Part shown: positions 9,328 to 18,785 of the stretch, piece by piece
Position numbering within the stretch: position 1 is the first letter of the stretch
How the letters are laid out: each line of letters begins with the position of its first letter
Assembly: GCA_020352895.1 (NCBI GenBank)
Contig: CP070685.1
Coordinates: 3,356,649-3,420,648 of the forward strand
Length of the DNA: 64,000 bases
Direction: 5' to 3'
Source: Phycisphaerales bacterium
GTDB lineage: Bacteria; Planctomycetota; Phycisphaerae; UBA1845; G020352895
Program-made: the position numbers and the translations under genes
Notes under the pieces: generated by a model
What the model saw: only the letters and a program-made list of their open reading frames with translations
The model's database searches: none
Told to the model about the DNA's origin: nothing

Positions 9328-11220
9328 ATGCGACGGTTCCGTGACCTCTGGACGTTCACCACGGCATGCCTGATGGCCGGCCTGCTCGCTGGCTGCGCCG
9401 ATCAGCAGGGCAAGAAGATCAAGATCACCAAGCTGGATGACCTACCCCAACACACGTACCCCGTCGAAGGCAAGGTCTCTGACATGGTCAAATCGGAACA
9501 GCGGACCATGGCCTTGGCCAAGCAGATTCGCGCCGACATCGAGAAGGACCTGGCCACCTACGAGATCGATGATCCTACCACTTTGCAGCGCATCTACGGC
9601 AGGCTGGCTACCATCGACATGCTCGAGGGCAAGTACAAGGACGCCCTTAAGCGCCTGGATCAAGTGCGCGCGCTCGAGGACAAGGAAGCCGCCAGGCTGA
9701 CCTCCGGCCTGACCAGTCGGTCGATGATTGCCGCCAGGAATGAAGCCGATCCCAACAGCGACATGACCGCCTACAAGAAAGCCTACCGCCGCATCCTCGC
9801 CGAGCAACTTGCCAGGCTTCCGTGGGAGATCGTGCAGGACGAGATCGAGGGAGCTAAAGGCATGCTAGAGATTCGCAGCGAGACGCTGATGATGGGCATG
9901 ATCGAGGCGCGCATGGAGCCCGTGGTGGCCAAGACTGGCGAGCTGAATGCCGACGATGCTTCCAGCGTGGTCGGCATCTATTACACGATAAAGGAACGCC
10001 TACCCCTGAACGACGAGACCATCGGCGTCTATCAGGAGATCATCGATGCCAACAGGAAGGAGAAGCCCAACATCTGGGCTGACCGTTCCGTGGCTCTCTC
10101 ACCGGGCGATAAGCTCAACCCAGTGCTGATAGCCGTGTGGGACTCCGGAACTGATCCGAAGGTCTTTGATAAGGCCCTCTGGACCAACTCCAAAGAGAAG
10201 CCTGACGGCATCGACAACGACGGCAACGGCTACATTGACGACATCCACGGCATCGCCTACGACATTCACGCCCGGCGCACCACCGACATGCTCTGCCCAC
10301 TGGAGGACACCGCCGAGCGCATCCATGAGGTCATGAAACACATGAAGGGCTTCACGGACCTCCAGGCGGCCGTGGACAGCCCGGAGGCCTCCGCCCTCAA
10401 GAAACACCTGTCCACCATGGAACCCGCCCAGGTCAAGGGCTTCATCGAAGACCTGATGCTCGCTGGCAACTACGCCCACGGCACGCACGTGGCCGGCCTG
10501 ATGGTCGACGGCAATCCGGCTGCCGAGTTGCTCATTGCCCGGCTGAGCTATGACCATCGCATGATACCGGTAGCCCGCACTGTCGAGTGGGGCCGGCGCG
10601 ACGGAGCCAAGTGCCGCGACACGGTCGAGTACTTCAAGAAGGCCGGCGTCCGTCTCGTCAACATGAGCTGGGGCGAGGCCAGGCAGGACGCCGAGGACTC
10701 ACTAGAGGCCAACGGCATCGGCGCCAATGCCGAGGAGCGCCGCGAGCTCTCGCGCAAGGTGTTCGAGCTCCAGAGACAGGGACTCTACGAAGCCATCAAC
10801 AACGCACCCGACATCCTCTTCATTTGTGCGGCCGGCAATGCCGACAACGATGTGGAGTTTGACGACTACATCCCTTCCTCGTTTGACCTTCCCAACCTCC
10901 TCGTCGTCGGGGCCGTGGACCAGGCCGGCGAACCGACCTCCTTCACCAGCTCGGGCCGCACTGTCCAGGTCTACGGCAACGGCTTCGAGGTCGACAGCTA
11001 CATCCCTGGGGGCGAGCGCATGAAGATGTCCGGCACATCCATGGCGTCGCCCAATGTCGCGAACCTCGCCGCCAAGTTGCTGGCCATCGACCAGGAGTTG
11101 ACACCGCCAGACGTGATCGAACTGATCAAAAAAGGAGCAGACAAGAAGACGTCCGGCGAGGTGACCTATCTGTTGATCAATCCGCAGCGAACCGTCCGGT
11201 TGCTGAAATCCAGAACGTGA
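9328..11220 (+). CDS. S8 family subtilisin-like serine protease lipoprotein with helical N-terminal domain
   Basis: The catalytic triad contexts are VWDSGTD (Asp), HGTHVAG (His) and GTSMASPNVA (Ser). The signal with lipobox is LLAGCAD. AGGAG lies upstream of the ATG. Confidence 0.85.
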   Translation: MRRFRDLWTFTTACLMAGLLAGCADQQGKKIKITKLDDLPQHTYPVEGKVSDMVKSEQRTMALAKQIRADIEKDLATYEIDDPTTLQRIYGRLATIDMLEGKYKDALKRLDQVRALEDKEAARLTSGLTSRSMIAARNEADPNSDMTAYKKAYRRILAEQLARLPWEIVQDEIEGAKGMLEIRSETLMMGMIEARMEPVVAKTGELNADDASSVVGIYYTIKERLPLNDETIGVYQEIIDANRKEKPNIWADRSVALSPGDKLNPVLIAVWDSGTDPKVFDKALWTNSKEKPDGIDNDGNGYIDDIHGIAYDIHARRTTDMLCPLEDTAERIHEVMKHMKGFTDLQAAVDSPEASALKKHLSTMEPAQVKGFIEDLMLAGNYAHGTHVAGLMVDGNPAAELLIARLSYDHRMIPVARTVEWGRRDGAKCRDTVEYFKKAGVRLVNMSWGEARQDAEDSLEANGIGANAEERRELSRKVFELQRQGLYEAINNAPDILFICAAGNADNDVEFDDYIPSSFDLPNLLVVGAVDQAGEPTSFTSSGRTVQVYGNGFEVDSYIPGGERMKMSGTSMASPNVANLAAKLLAIDQELTPPDVIELIKKGADKKTSGEVTYLLINPQRTVRLLKSRT

Positions 11221-11263
11221 TCCGCCGCCGCAATCGCGCACTGAATCTGAATTACGGATCTTT

Positions 11264-11300
11264 GCCGCCGGTATCAGTCCATGGTGCCGGCGGTTTCTTT
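11264..11300 (+). terminator. candidate terminator between convergent genes
   Basis: Stem GCCGCCGG (11264-11271) pairs with CCGGCGG (11287-11293) and is followed by TTTCTTT. Confidence 0.4.
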
Positions 11301-11309
11301 GAGCGACGG

Positions 11310-12452
11310 CTATGACCGGAGCGAACGTACCAGGGCCATCAGCCCGAAGGCCGTCCCGTACGGCCGGTCATACCGATGCACGTCATAGTCCCAGATCGAA
11401 CCGTTGTCCTGCTGGACCTTGAGAATCTCCCGCTGCAGTTCGGGCCACCAGCGGGCCTGCTCCTGCGCGTCCAGCCGCTCAATCACCAGCGCGGCATAGT
11501 AGTGACCGAACAGGTAGAAATAACCGGAGTTGTAATAGTACGCCTCGTGCGGAACTGGTTTGTGCATCGCGATCTCGAGGAACTTGTGCTCGCGGAAGAA
11601 ATGCCCTAACCCCATCACCATCTCCTCCGATGGCACCTCATGCCCGGCCAGCAGCAGCGCCGCCTGGCACACCTCAATCCGAGACAGCGAGCCCTTGACC
11701 ATATCGATGTACTCGGGATGCAGATTCGGTACCGTCCGCACGTGGTACGAATAGCCTCCGTTGGGGAGCCGGCAATGGTGGATGATCCGAACGGCGCGCT
11801 CCAACACGGCTTGGTCAATCTCGAATCCCGCATCCCGAACTTTGGCCAGAGCCACGACGGCCGAGGCGGTCATGAAGCTCGTCGCCCACTGCGGCCGCCG
11901 CGTACGCGGCACATCGAATTCCAGGTATCCCCACCCCCCGTTGATCGACTGAAACCGGGCCAGGCTCGCCAGATAACGCGGGACCACCTCCGCGATCTGC
12001 GCTCGCAGCGGTGAGCCGGCGTACCGCGGGCACACATACGCGTCCGCCAGTCCCTCCAACGCGTAGATGTAGGCCCAGTTGTTCATCGTGTCCCATTCGT
12101 TGGGCCGCTTCACGTCGGCGTTGTCGATCAGGTATCTGATGCCGCGGTCCGTCGCCGCCGCGACATCCCCCGATCCGCCCATCCGCACCAGGGCCGCCAC
12201 ACACAGCCCCGTCGTGGCCACCTTCCAGGCCCGATGTGTCTCGGGGTTCGACCATGTCGGCCCACTCCACGTGGTAATCGAATCCTGCGGCCCGCCCCAC
12301 GAGCCATCGGAATTCTGATCCCTCAGTAGAAACGCGACACCGCGCTCGACACCCGCGCGGACCTGCTCGGCCGTAGGCAGCTCCGCCGCCCGGGCCGCGC
12401 CCACCGTAACAGGCACGAGAGCCAGCCACGTCACCGTCCTCAGCCCCGCCAT
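11310..12452 (-). CDS. secreted prenyltransferase/squalene-oxidase-repeat (alpha/alpha-toroid) protein
   Basis: It has a signal peptide and repeated terpenoid-cyclase-type motifs: QNSDGSWGG, QSINGGWGY, RLPNGGYSY and QQDNGSIWDY. Confidence 0.75.
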   Translation of the reverse strand: MAGLRTVTWLALVPVTVGAARAAELPTAEQVRAGVERGVAFLLRDQNSDGSWGGPQDSITTWSGPTWSNPETHRAWKVATTGLCVAALVRMGGSGDVAAATDRGIRYLIDNADVKRPNEWDTMNNWAYIYALEGLADAYVCPRYAGSPLRAQIAEVVPRYLASLARFQSINGGWGYLEFDVPRTRRPQWATSFMTASAVVALAKVRDAGFEIDQAVLERAVRIIHHCRLPNGGYSYHVRTVPNLHPEYIDMVKGSLSRIEVCQAALLLAGHEVPSEEMVMGLGHFFREHKFLEIAMHKPVPHEAYYYNSGYFYLFGHYYAALVIERLDAQEQARWWPELQREILKVQQDNGSIWDYDVHRYDRPYGTAFGLMALVRSLRS

Positions 12453-12458
12453 GCCCGG

Positions 12459-13331
12459 CTACTCCTGTTCCTTTTCCCGCGCCTCGTCCTTTTCTTCGCG
12501 CTTGGCGATTTTCTCTCTCAATGCCTCGATCTCGCCCTCTAGCCGGGCGAGCTCCGCCTCGGCGCTGATAATCCCGATCTGATTATCCAGGGCGGACGCC
12601 TCGGCATCCCGCTGGGCCTTGCCGAGGACCTCGGTCTTCTTCTCCACGTTCAGCTCATGCTCCCGCAGCTCGGTCGGGATCGTCTCCTCGGTCAGGATTG
12701 CATGATCCTGCGTTCGCAGCTCAAGGTCGCACCGCGAGCGCTCCAGGCGGCGGCGTCCCCGCTCGAGCACGATTTCCTTGGTCTGGTCCGCGAAATCTTC
12801 CTCTGCGTACATCAGCTCGAGTTGGGCCAGCTCCTCCTCCGCTTCTTTCAGGCGATCCTCGGCCCGTAGTAACCCGAGCCTGGACCATTCGATTCGGTTC
12901 GGCGCCGACCGACGCTCGAACGTCGCCAATCGCCGCTGCTCGAGTTCCAACTCTCGCTCCGCCTCAGCCACAGCGACCTGGTTCTGTATCTGGCCATGCT
13001 TACCCGCCACCTGCGCCTTGACCAGCTTCTGCCGGGCAATCTCTATGTCTCGCTCCAGCTTGGCCAGCTTCCGCCGGTCCTCCGCCTGAGCCTCGGCCTC
13101 CTTCTCCTCCTGATCCGCTTCGGCCTGGACCTCTGCCAAGGTCCCTTCTTTCTCCTCCCCGGCCACGGGGGGACCGGTCTTCTCGGCCTCCTGGATCGGC
13201 TCAGCTGCGCCGCCGGTCGCCGCACAGCCAATCTCCCCCACCCCAAAGGCCAGAAACAGCATCAGGCCGGCCAAACATCGAGTCGTCGAGGTCCATTTCA
13301 CGCACTGTCGATAGGCTGGGCAGGCAGTCAT
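12459..13331 (-). CDS. exported coiled-coil protein (Glu/Lys/Arg/Leu-rich), function unknown
   Basis: It has an N-terminal hydrophobic segment with Cys (LMLFLAFGVGEIGC), then about 240 residues of heptad-like charged sequence. It lies 6 bp upstream of, and co-oriented with, 11310-12452. Confidence 0.6.
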   Translation of the reverse strand: MTACPAYRQCVKWTSTTRCLAGLMLFLAFGVGEIGCAATGGAAEPIQEAEKTGPPVAGEEKEGTLAEVQAEADQEEKEAEAQAEDRRKLAKLERDIEIARQKLVKAQVAGKHGQIQNQVAVAEAERELELEQRRLATFERRSAPNRIEWSRLGLLRAEDRLKEAEEELAQLELMYAEEDFADQTKEIVLERGRRRLERSRCDLELRTQDHAILTEETIPTELREHELNVEKKTEVLGKAQRDAEASALDNQIGIISAEAELARLEGEIEALREKIAKREEKDEAREKEQE

Positions 13332-13481
13332 GTTCGGTTCTCACATGCAACGGAAGGAAACTGCAAACGCCGCTTCGGGCACAGGAGGCTCATGGTAGCT
13401 TCGCCAAGCAGGCGTGTCGAGCCGAACGCCTTCTTCGAAGGTCGACATCCGGACACTCACCCAGCCTGACACGTATGAGCA

Positions 13482-13510
13482 TTGCCAGCGTCCTGATTCT
13501 GGCGCATACT
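13482..13510 (+). promoter_or_regulatory. candidate sigma-70 promoter of hflKC
   Basis: TTGCCA (13482-13487), a 17-nt spacer, then CATACT (13505-13510). It lies about 50 nt upstream of the hflK ATG. Confidence 0.35.
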
Positions 13511-13561
13511 TCCGAGCATAGAACGTGATACCCCACCCGCCGTGCAGCAAGGAGGTCAGGC

Positions 13562-14605
13562 ATGTCCGCACAATACGGATCCTCCGGTCAGGTCGATATC
13601 GAGCAGCTCGCCCAGCAGTTCCGCCGCTTCCGCCGCATATTCGCGGCCGTCATCATCGCGATCATTATCGTCGGCGGGATCGGCTCGATCATTTACTCGG
13701 TCCCCGCCGACAGCGAGGGCGTTGTGCTGCGCTTCGGCGAGTACCGCCACACCGTAGGGCCGGGGCTGAACTTCAAGCTCCCCTGGCCCGTTGACGAGGT
13801 TTACAAGGTCCCGGTGCGGCGCCCCCAAACGCTGGAGTTCGGATTCGTCACCCTCGAAGCTGGTAGGATCACGCGCTATGCACCGCCCAATGAAGACCAG
13901 CGAACCGTCGCGAGGATGCTCACCGGCGACCTGAACCTGGCCCACATCGAATGGATCATCCAGTACCGGGTCAAGGACGCCAAGGACTACTTGTTCAGGG
14001 TCGGCGGTCACTCCAACGTGCACATTGCCGTCGCCGACCTGATCCGCGACGTATCCGAGGCCGTCATGCGGCGCCTGGTCGGCGACCACAGCGTCGACGA
14101 GGCCATCACCACGGGGCGAGACGAAATCGCCGCCGAGGCCGAACGCCTCTGCCAGGAACTTCTTGACGAGTACCAGGCCGGTGTCGAGGTGATCTTCGTC
14201 AAGCTCCAGTCCGCCACGCCGCCCGAACCGGTCAAGGACGCTTTCGACAACGTCAACCGTGCCCGCCAGGCGAAGGAGCAAATCATCAACCAGGCCCGCG
14301 GCGAGCGTAACAAGCAGGTGCCCGCCGCCCGCGGCAAGAGAGACCGGGCCATCGCCGAGGCGGAAGGCTATCGGGAGAAGGTCGTTCGTGCCGCTCAGGG
14401 CCAGGCCAATGCCTTCCTCTCCCGCTTCACCCAGTACGAGAAGGCCCCGGAGATCACCCGCATGCGGCTCTACCTGGAGACCATGGAGCAGGTCATCGGG
14501 CAGGTGAAAGAGCTCGTTGTCATCGACAAGGAGGTCCGCGGTGTCTTGCCGCTGCTGAACCTCGACGCGCCACAGTCCGGGGCGAAAGGAGGTGGCCTGC
14601 GATGA
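13562..14605 (+). CDS. hflK: FtsH protease modulator HflK (SPFH/band-7)
   Basis: It has an N-terminal TM, the SPFH core (VPADSEGVVLRFGEY..GPGLNFKLPWPVDEV) and a C-terminal coiled coil. GGAGG lies upstream of the ATG. The stop overlaps the hflC start. Confidence 0.85.
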   Translation: MSAQYGSSGQVDIEQLAQQFRRFRRIFAAVIIAIIIVGGIGSIIYSVPADSEGVVLRFGEYRHTVGPGLNFKLPWPVDEVYKVPVRRPQTLEFGFVTLEAGRITRYAPPNEDQRTVARMLTGDLNLAHIEWIIQYRVKDAKDYLFRVGGHSNVHIAVADLIRDVSEAVMRRLVGDHSVDEAITTGRDEIAAEAERLCQELLDEYQAGVEVIFVKLQSATPPEPVKDAFDNVNRARQAKEQIINQARGERNKQVPAARGKRDRAIAEAEGYREKVVRAAQGQANAFLSRFTQYEKAPEITRMRLYLETMEQVIGQVKELVVIDKEVRGVLPLLNLDAPQSGAKGGGLR

Positions 14606-15555
14606 AAGTGCTCAACGCGCTCATCCTGCTGTTCGTGATCATCATCGTCATCTTCATCGCCGCCTCGGCCTACACCATCAACGAGTGGGAGCAGGCCGTC
14701 ATCACCCGCTTCGGCCGCCCCGTCGCCCACAAGACCGAGGCCGGTCTCTACTTTCGCAAGCCCTTCATCGAGAAGGTCCACAAGCTCGAGAAGCGCCTGC
14801 TGCCCTGGGACGGCGATCCCGAGAACATGCCCACTCGCGACAAGAAGCGTATTTTCATCGACGTCTGGGCCCGCTGGCGCATCACCGACCCGCTCAAGTA
14901 CTACCAGACGCTGCGCACCGAGCAGGCCGGCCACAAGATCCTCGACGACCTCGTCGACTCGCGCGTGCGCGACGTCATCGGCAAGTACAACCTCATCGAA
15001 GCCGTCCGCAGCACCAACCGTGAGCTGACTTATGAGAGCGAAGAACTCGAGGACGCCCTGGCCGCCCGACAAACCGAGATCTTCGTCGGCCGCACGCGGA
15101 TCGAGGAGGAGATCAGGGACGAGGTCGTCGACGACCTGAAAGGCAAGAACTACGGCCTCGAACTGGTCGACGTCCACATCAAGCGCGTCAACTACATCGA
15201 GTCCGTCCGCAACGCCGTATACGAGCGGATGAAATCCGAGCGTGACCGCATCGCCCGCCTGTTCGAGTCCGAGGCTCAGGAGGAGCGCGATCGCATCCTC
15301 GGCCAGACCCGCAAGGAGGTCGACGAGATCGAGGGCGAGATGGAGCAGCGCTCCGCCGAGATTCGCGGCGGCGCCGAGGCCGAGGTCATCCAAATCTACG
15401 CCGAGGCCATCGAGAAATCGCCCGAGTTCTACGAGTTCCTTCGCCGGCTGGAGGCCTACAGGAAGACGCTGGGACGCGACACGCGTCTCATCCTGTCGAC
15501 CGACAGCGAGTTCCTGCGCCTGCTCAACGAGATGGACCGCGGCAAGCAGGATTGA
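14602..15555 (+). CDS. hflC: FtsH protease modulator HflC (SPFH/band-7)
   Basis: It has an N-terminal TM and SPFH motifs (YTINEWEQAVITRFGRP, LYFRKPFIEKV). There is a 4-bp ATGA overlap with hflK. Confidence 0.85.
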   Translation: MKVLNALILLFVIIIVIFIAASAYTINEWEQAVITRFGRPVAHKTEAGLYFRKPFIEKVHKLEKRLLPWDGDPENMPTRDKKRIFIDVWARWRITDPLKYYQTLRTEQAGHKILDDLVDSRVRDVIGKYNLIEAVRSTNRELTYESEELEDALAARQTEIFVGRTRIEEEIRDEVVDDLKGKNYGLELVDVHIKRVNYIESVRNAVYERMKSERDRIARLFESEAQEERDRILGQTRKEVDEIEGEMEQRSAEIRGGAEAEVIQIYAEAIEKSPEFYEFLRRLEAYRKTLGRDTRLILSTDSEFLRLLNEMDRGKQD

Positions 15556-15833
15556 CCGCCGCCCGCCCCCCGGCCGTAATCCGGCCGCGGCGGGTCGGGA
15601 TAATCGGTGCAGCCCGCCCGATCTCCCCCCGGCGCGGACGGAAACGTCCTCGAAACGGCCTTCCGGGCAGAAACCAGCCCAATATAGGTCCCCGACTACG
15701 CAATCGAGTGCGATTTCGGGCCGCCGATCGGGACCGCGCAGGCATATCATTAGGCAAGCCGAAAACCCACGAGGATGCACCCTGCGCACCGGATGGAGGG
15801 TGCCCTCCGACAACCCCAGAGGGGGAGCAAGCC

Positions 15834-16769
15834 GTGCGAAGATTCATATGTTCTGCCATCGCGATCATGGCTCTAGCTATACAGGCGCCGGCCGCAGAAG
15901 TGACTTACGACGTTCGTCCGGGCGACGGGCTGAGTTCGCCGGTGCAGGTCGCCCCCGGCGGGACCGTGCCGTACGAGGTGACCATCGAAGTCAGCAGCGG
16001 CGACAACGACGGCCTGCTCCTGTTCATCTTCGATCTGCTCACTGACCTCGGAGTCCCGCAGAGCACCGACACCATCACGTTTGATCCGCTCATCGCCAGC
16101 CTGTTTAATTTTGGAGGTTTCATGCAATACGGCACTGCCGTCGACGATGACATCACCGACATCGGCGGCACGCAGGGCTTTGGCCTGGGGGGAGAAACGC
16201 CTGGTATCGGCCACGGCAGCCCGCAGCTGCTGATCCGGGGCGAACTCCAAACGCCGACGAACCAGCTCGGTGACTTCAACGTGACCATCGGGGCCAACAC
16301 CAAAACGCAACTGATCGCCCCTGGCGGCGGGATCATCGACGACCCCGCCATCACCACGAATCTGGGGCCGGGCTTCGTCATTCAGGTCCTGGCCGACAGC
16401 GATCAGGACGGCACGCCGGACATCAACGACAATTGTCCGGACGACGCGAACCCGGGCCAGGATGACAGTGATGGGGACCAAGTAGGTGACGCCTGCGACG
16501 CCTGCCCAGACGATCCGGACAAGATCGGCAAGGGCGCTTGCGGCTGCGGCACCGCGGACACGGACACTGATGGCGATGCCACCCCAGACTGTATCGATCC
16601 GACTCCACAGGGTGGTGTCACGCCGTCAGGGCCGCCCTCCAATGGCGATCAGCCTCCGGTCGTTGCACCACCGGGCTGTGGCGCCGGTGTGGGCATGGCC
16701 AATCTCGTGGGCTTCGGCGCACTGTGTCTGGTGGGGCTGGTTGGTCTGCGAAGGGGCCGATGGTACTAG
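15834..16769 (+). CDS. exported thrombospondin-type-3 (TSP3) repeat protein with Cys-containing C-terminal sorting-like tail
   Basis: GTG 15834 is preceded by GAGGGGGAG and gives a signal peptide VRRFICSAIAIMALAIQAPAAE. The Asp-rich calcium-binding-type repeats are DSDQDGTPDINDNCPDDANPGQDDSDGDQVGDACDACPDDPD and DTDTDGDATPDC. The C-terminus is PPGCGAGVGMANLVGFGALCLVGLVGLRRGRWY. The 5' part of the 15552 ORF has no coding support. Confidence 0.7.
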   Translation: MRRFICSAIAIMALAIQAPAAEVTYDVRPGDGLSSPVQVAPGGTVPYEVTIEVSSGDNDGLLLFIFDLLTDLGVPQSTDTITFDPLIASLFNFGGFMQYGTAVDDDITDIGGTQGFGLGGETPGIGHGSPQLLIRGELQTPTNQLGDFNVTIGANTKTQLIAPGGGIIDDPAITTNLGPGFVIQVLADSDQDGTPDINDNCPDDANPGQDDSDGDQVGDACDACPDDPDKIGKGACGCGTADTDTDGDATPDCIDPTPQGGVTPSGPPSNGDQPPVVAPPGCGAGVGMANLVGFGALCLVGLVGLRRGRWY

Positions 16770-16957
16770 CGCCGGCGCGACTTCCCGCTGAATCCCACCC
16801 GAGAACCGAACCGCGGCAGACGCCTGGATCCTGCCCACCGCAAGCCGGACGCCCTCGCTCGTTCGGCTACACGATGACGCATAGTCCCTGCGGCAGTAGA
16901 GACAACCCAGACCGGTAGGGCTTGCGACGGTCCTACGTCCAGTGTATATACACTCTT

Positions 16958-17031
16958 GCCCCGTTAGCTCAGTTTGGGAGAGCAGCTGGCTCTTAACCAG
17001 CGGGTCGTAGGTTCGAGCCCTACACGGGGCA
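16958..17031 (+). tRNA. tRNA-Lys (anticodon CTT)
   Basis: Cloverleaf: acceptor GCCCCGT/ACGGGGC plus A, D-arm GCTC-AGTTTGGGA-GAGC, anticodon stem GCTGG/CCAGC with loop CTCTTAA, and T-arm GTAGG-TTCGAGC-CCTAC. Length 74 nt. Confidence 0.9.
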
Positions 17032-17037
17032 GTCTAA

Positions 17038-17083
17038 ACCCCGCAGCGTCAAGGTCTTGTGATTCGCTGCGGGGTTGTTTTCG
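17038..17083 (+). terminator. terminator hairpin after tRNA-Lys
   Basis: Stem ACCCCGCAGCG (17038-17048) pairs with CGCTGCGGGGT (17065-17075) and is followed by TGTTTTCG. Confidence 0.55.
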
Positions 17084-17319
17084 TTCAAAGGGGGCCAAAG
17101 GGGGGGCCTTGACTGCCGGCCGACTCGGTTGACGGCCGCGTTCCCCGCTACGTAGAATCCCAGCCGCTTGATCGCCGGCGGCAAGCAGCCGAGCAGACCG
17201 TCGGCAAGTGTTTCGTTGCGGTCGTGTTGCCGTCGGAGAGCCCGTACCCAGGTAAGGCCGGTGATAGCCCCGGCAGTCGCCAGGCAGGCGACGCCTGAAC
17301 GGGCGTGCTGCCTCGCGTA

Positions 17320-18636
17320 ATGCAGGTCTGGCTGGTAAACCCTTTCGATCCCTGTCCAGGTGGTGCCGAGCAGCTGGGGCGCTACGCTCATCTGGTTCAC
17401 GCCTTGCGCGACGCAGGACACGGCGTCGTGTGGTGGTCCAGCACGTTCTCACACCGATTCAAGAGCGACGTAGACGCCGAGAGTCTGCAGCGCCAGGCCG
17501 CTTCCTGGGGTTTCGATCTGCGGCTGATCCCCACGCCGCCCTATCGTAGTAACGTGTCGGTTGGACGCCTTTGGAGCCACGTCGTCTATGCCCGTAGGTT
17601 CCGCGCGCTCGCCGAAAGCCTGGAACGACCTGATCTGATCCTGGCCAGCTCGCCCCCCCTGGAAGTCGCCGGTGAAGCCGCCCTTCTCGGGAGACGTTGG
17701 AACGTTCCCGCGATCATCGACATTCAGGACCGCTGGCCGGATGCGTTCGTGCGTGTGTTGCCGAAGGCAGCCCGGGGCCTCAGCCGGGGGCTTCTCCTGC
17801 CCTGGTACCGGGCCGAACGTCGGGCCTATCGCGCCGCCGACGGGATCATCGGCGTGGCCAGAGGCTACGTCGAGCGCGGCCTGGCTGTCGGGGGCGAAAA
17901 GAGATACCGCGGCGTATTCCCTATCGGAGTCCATCTCGGCGACGTGGACGAGGCCATCGCGCGGGGGGCCCAATCCCATGCCGACCGGTGGACGAAGCCC
18001 GACGACCGCATCTGGATGGTCTACTCCGGAAGCTTGACCCGCAATTACGATTTCCTGACCGTAATCCGGGCGGCCGCCCTGTCCAGGCAGCGCTTTGGCG
18101 GACGCCTGCGCTTCCTCATCACCGGGCAAGGCCATCTGGCCGAGAAGGCCCGCCGCATCATTAGGCGAGAATCGCTAGACAATGTTGACATGTGCGGCTT
18201 TCTGGGATTCGAGGAATGGGCGTACCTGGTTTCCCAGGCGGATGCGGGCTTCAATGTGTCTTTCCCCGACGCCCTGATCTATATGCCCAACAAGGTATTC
18301 TTCTACATGGCTGCGCGGCTGGCTTTGTTGAATACCATCCCGGGTCAGTGCGCCGAACTGATTGCCAAGCACGACTGTGGAGTGAATTACAAGGCGGGCG
18401 ACGTTGACGCCTGCTTTGCGTCCATACGCGGACTGGTCGAAGCGCCGGACGACCTTCGCCGTATGCAGGCAGCTTCGCGCCGCTTGGCCGAGACGGCTTT
18501 CGACCGCCGCATCATTGATCGCGAATTCGTCCGGTTCCTGAGAGACGTGGCCGAGGATTATCGCGACGTGCGGTCCGGTGAGCCAAGCCGCTTCACCAGA
18601 GACCAAAGGTCTGCTGAATTCGCCTTGTGGGAGTAG
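17320..18636 (+). CDS. glycosyltransferase family 4 (GT-B, group 1)
   Basis: MQVWLVNPFDP.. is a typical GT4 N-terminus. The C-terminal Rossmann half carries group-1 sequence features. I chose the ATG at 17320 rather than the upstream start at 17305. Confidence 0.8.
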   Translation: MQVWLVNPFDPCPGGAEQLGRYAHLVHALRDAGHGVVWWSSTFSHRFKSDVDAESLQRQAASWGFDLRLIPTPPYRSNVSVGRLWSHVVYARRFRALAESLERPDLILASSPPLEVAGEAALLGRRWNVPAIIDIQDRWPDAFVRVLPKAARGLSRGLLLPWYRAERRAYRAADGIIGVARGYVERGLAVGGEKRYRGVFPIGVHLGDVDEAIARGAQSHADRWTKPDDRIWMVYSGSLTRNYDFLTVIRAAALSRQRFGGRLRFLITGQGHLAEKARRIIRRESLDNVDMCGFLGFEEWAYLVSQADAGFNVSFPDALIYMPNKVFFYMAARLALLNTIPGQCAELIAKHDCGVNYKAGDVDACFASIRGLVEAPDDLRRMQAASRRLAETAFDRRIIDREFVRFLRDVAEDYRDVRSGEPSRFTRDQRSAEFALWE

Positions 18637-18785
18637 ACTGGGACGCCGGAGCCCTGTGATGGACAGCCTCCCAGTCCGCGACGGCCTTGTTCTCACCATT
18701 GCAGGCGGAGCCGCCGCGATCATTGCTGCCGGGCGTACCCGCCCTGCTTGCGGTTACATCAGAGCGTGGTCCTAGGAGATGGACG

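Noticed and set aside
15552-15833. 5' extensions of ORFs in the track. They are 15552 for the TSP3 protein, 29174 for panB, 56601 for DUF192, 53444 for the aminotransferase, 54363 for Nif3, and 31994, 33355 and 37882 for EPS genes.
   Set aside because: The extensions are Arg/Pro/Ser-rich and overlap neighbouring genes. They precede internal starts that give canonical family N-termini or signal peptides, often with an SD-like sequence or 4-bp coupling overlaps.
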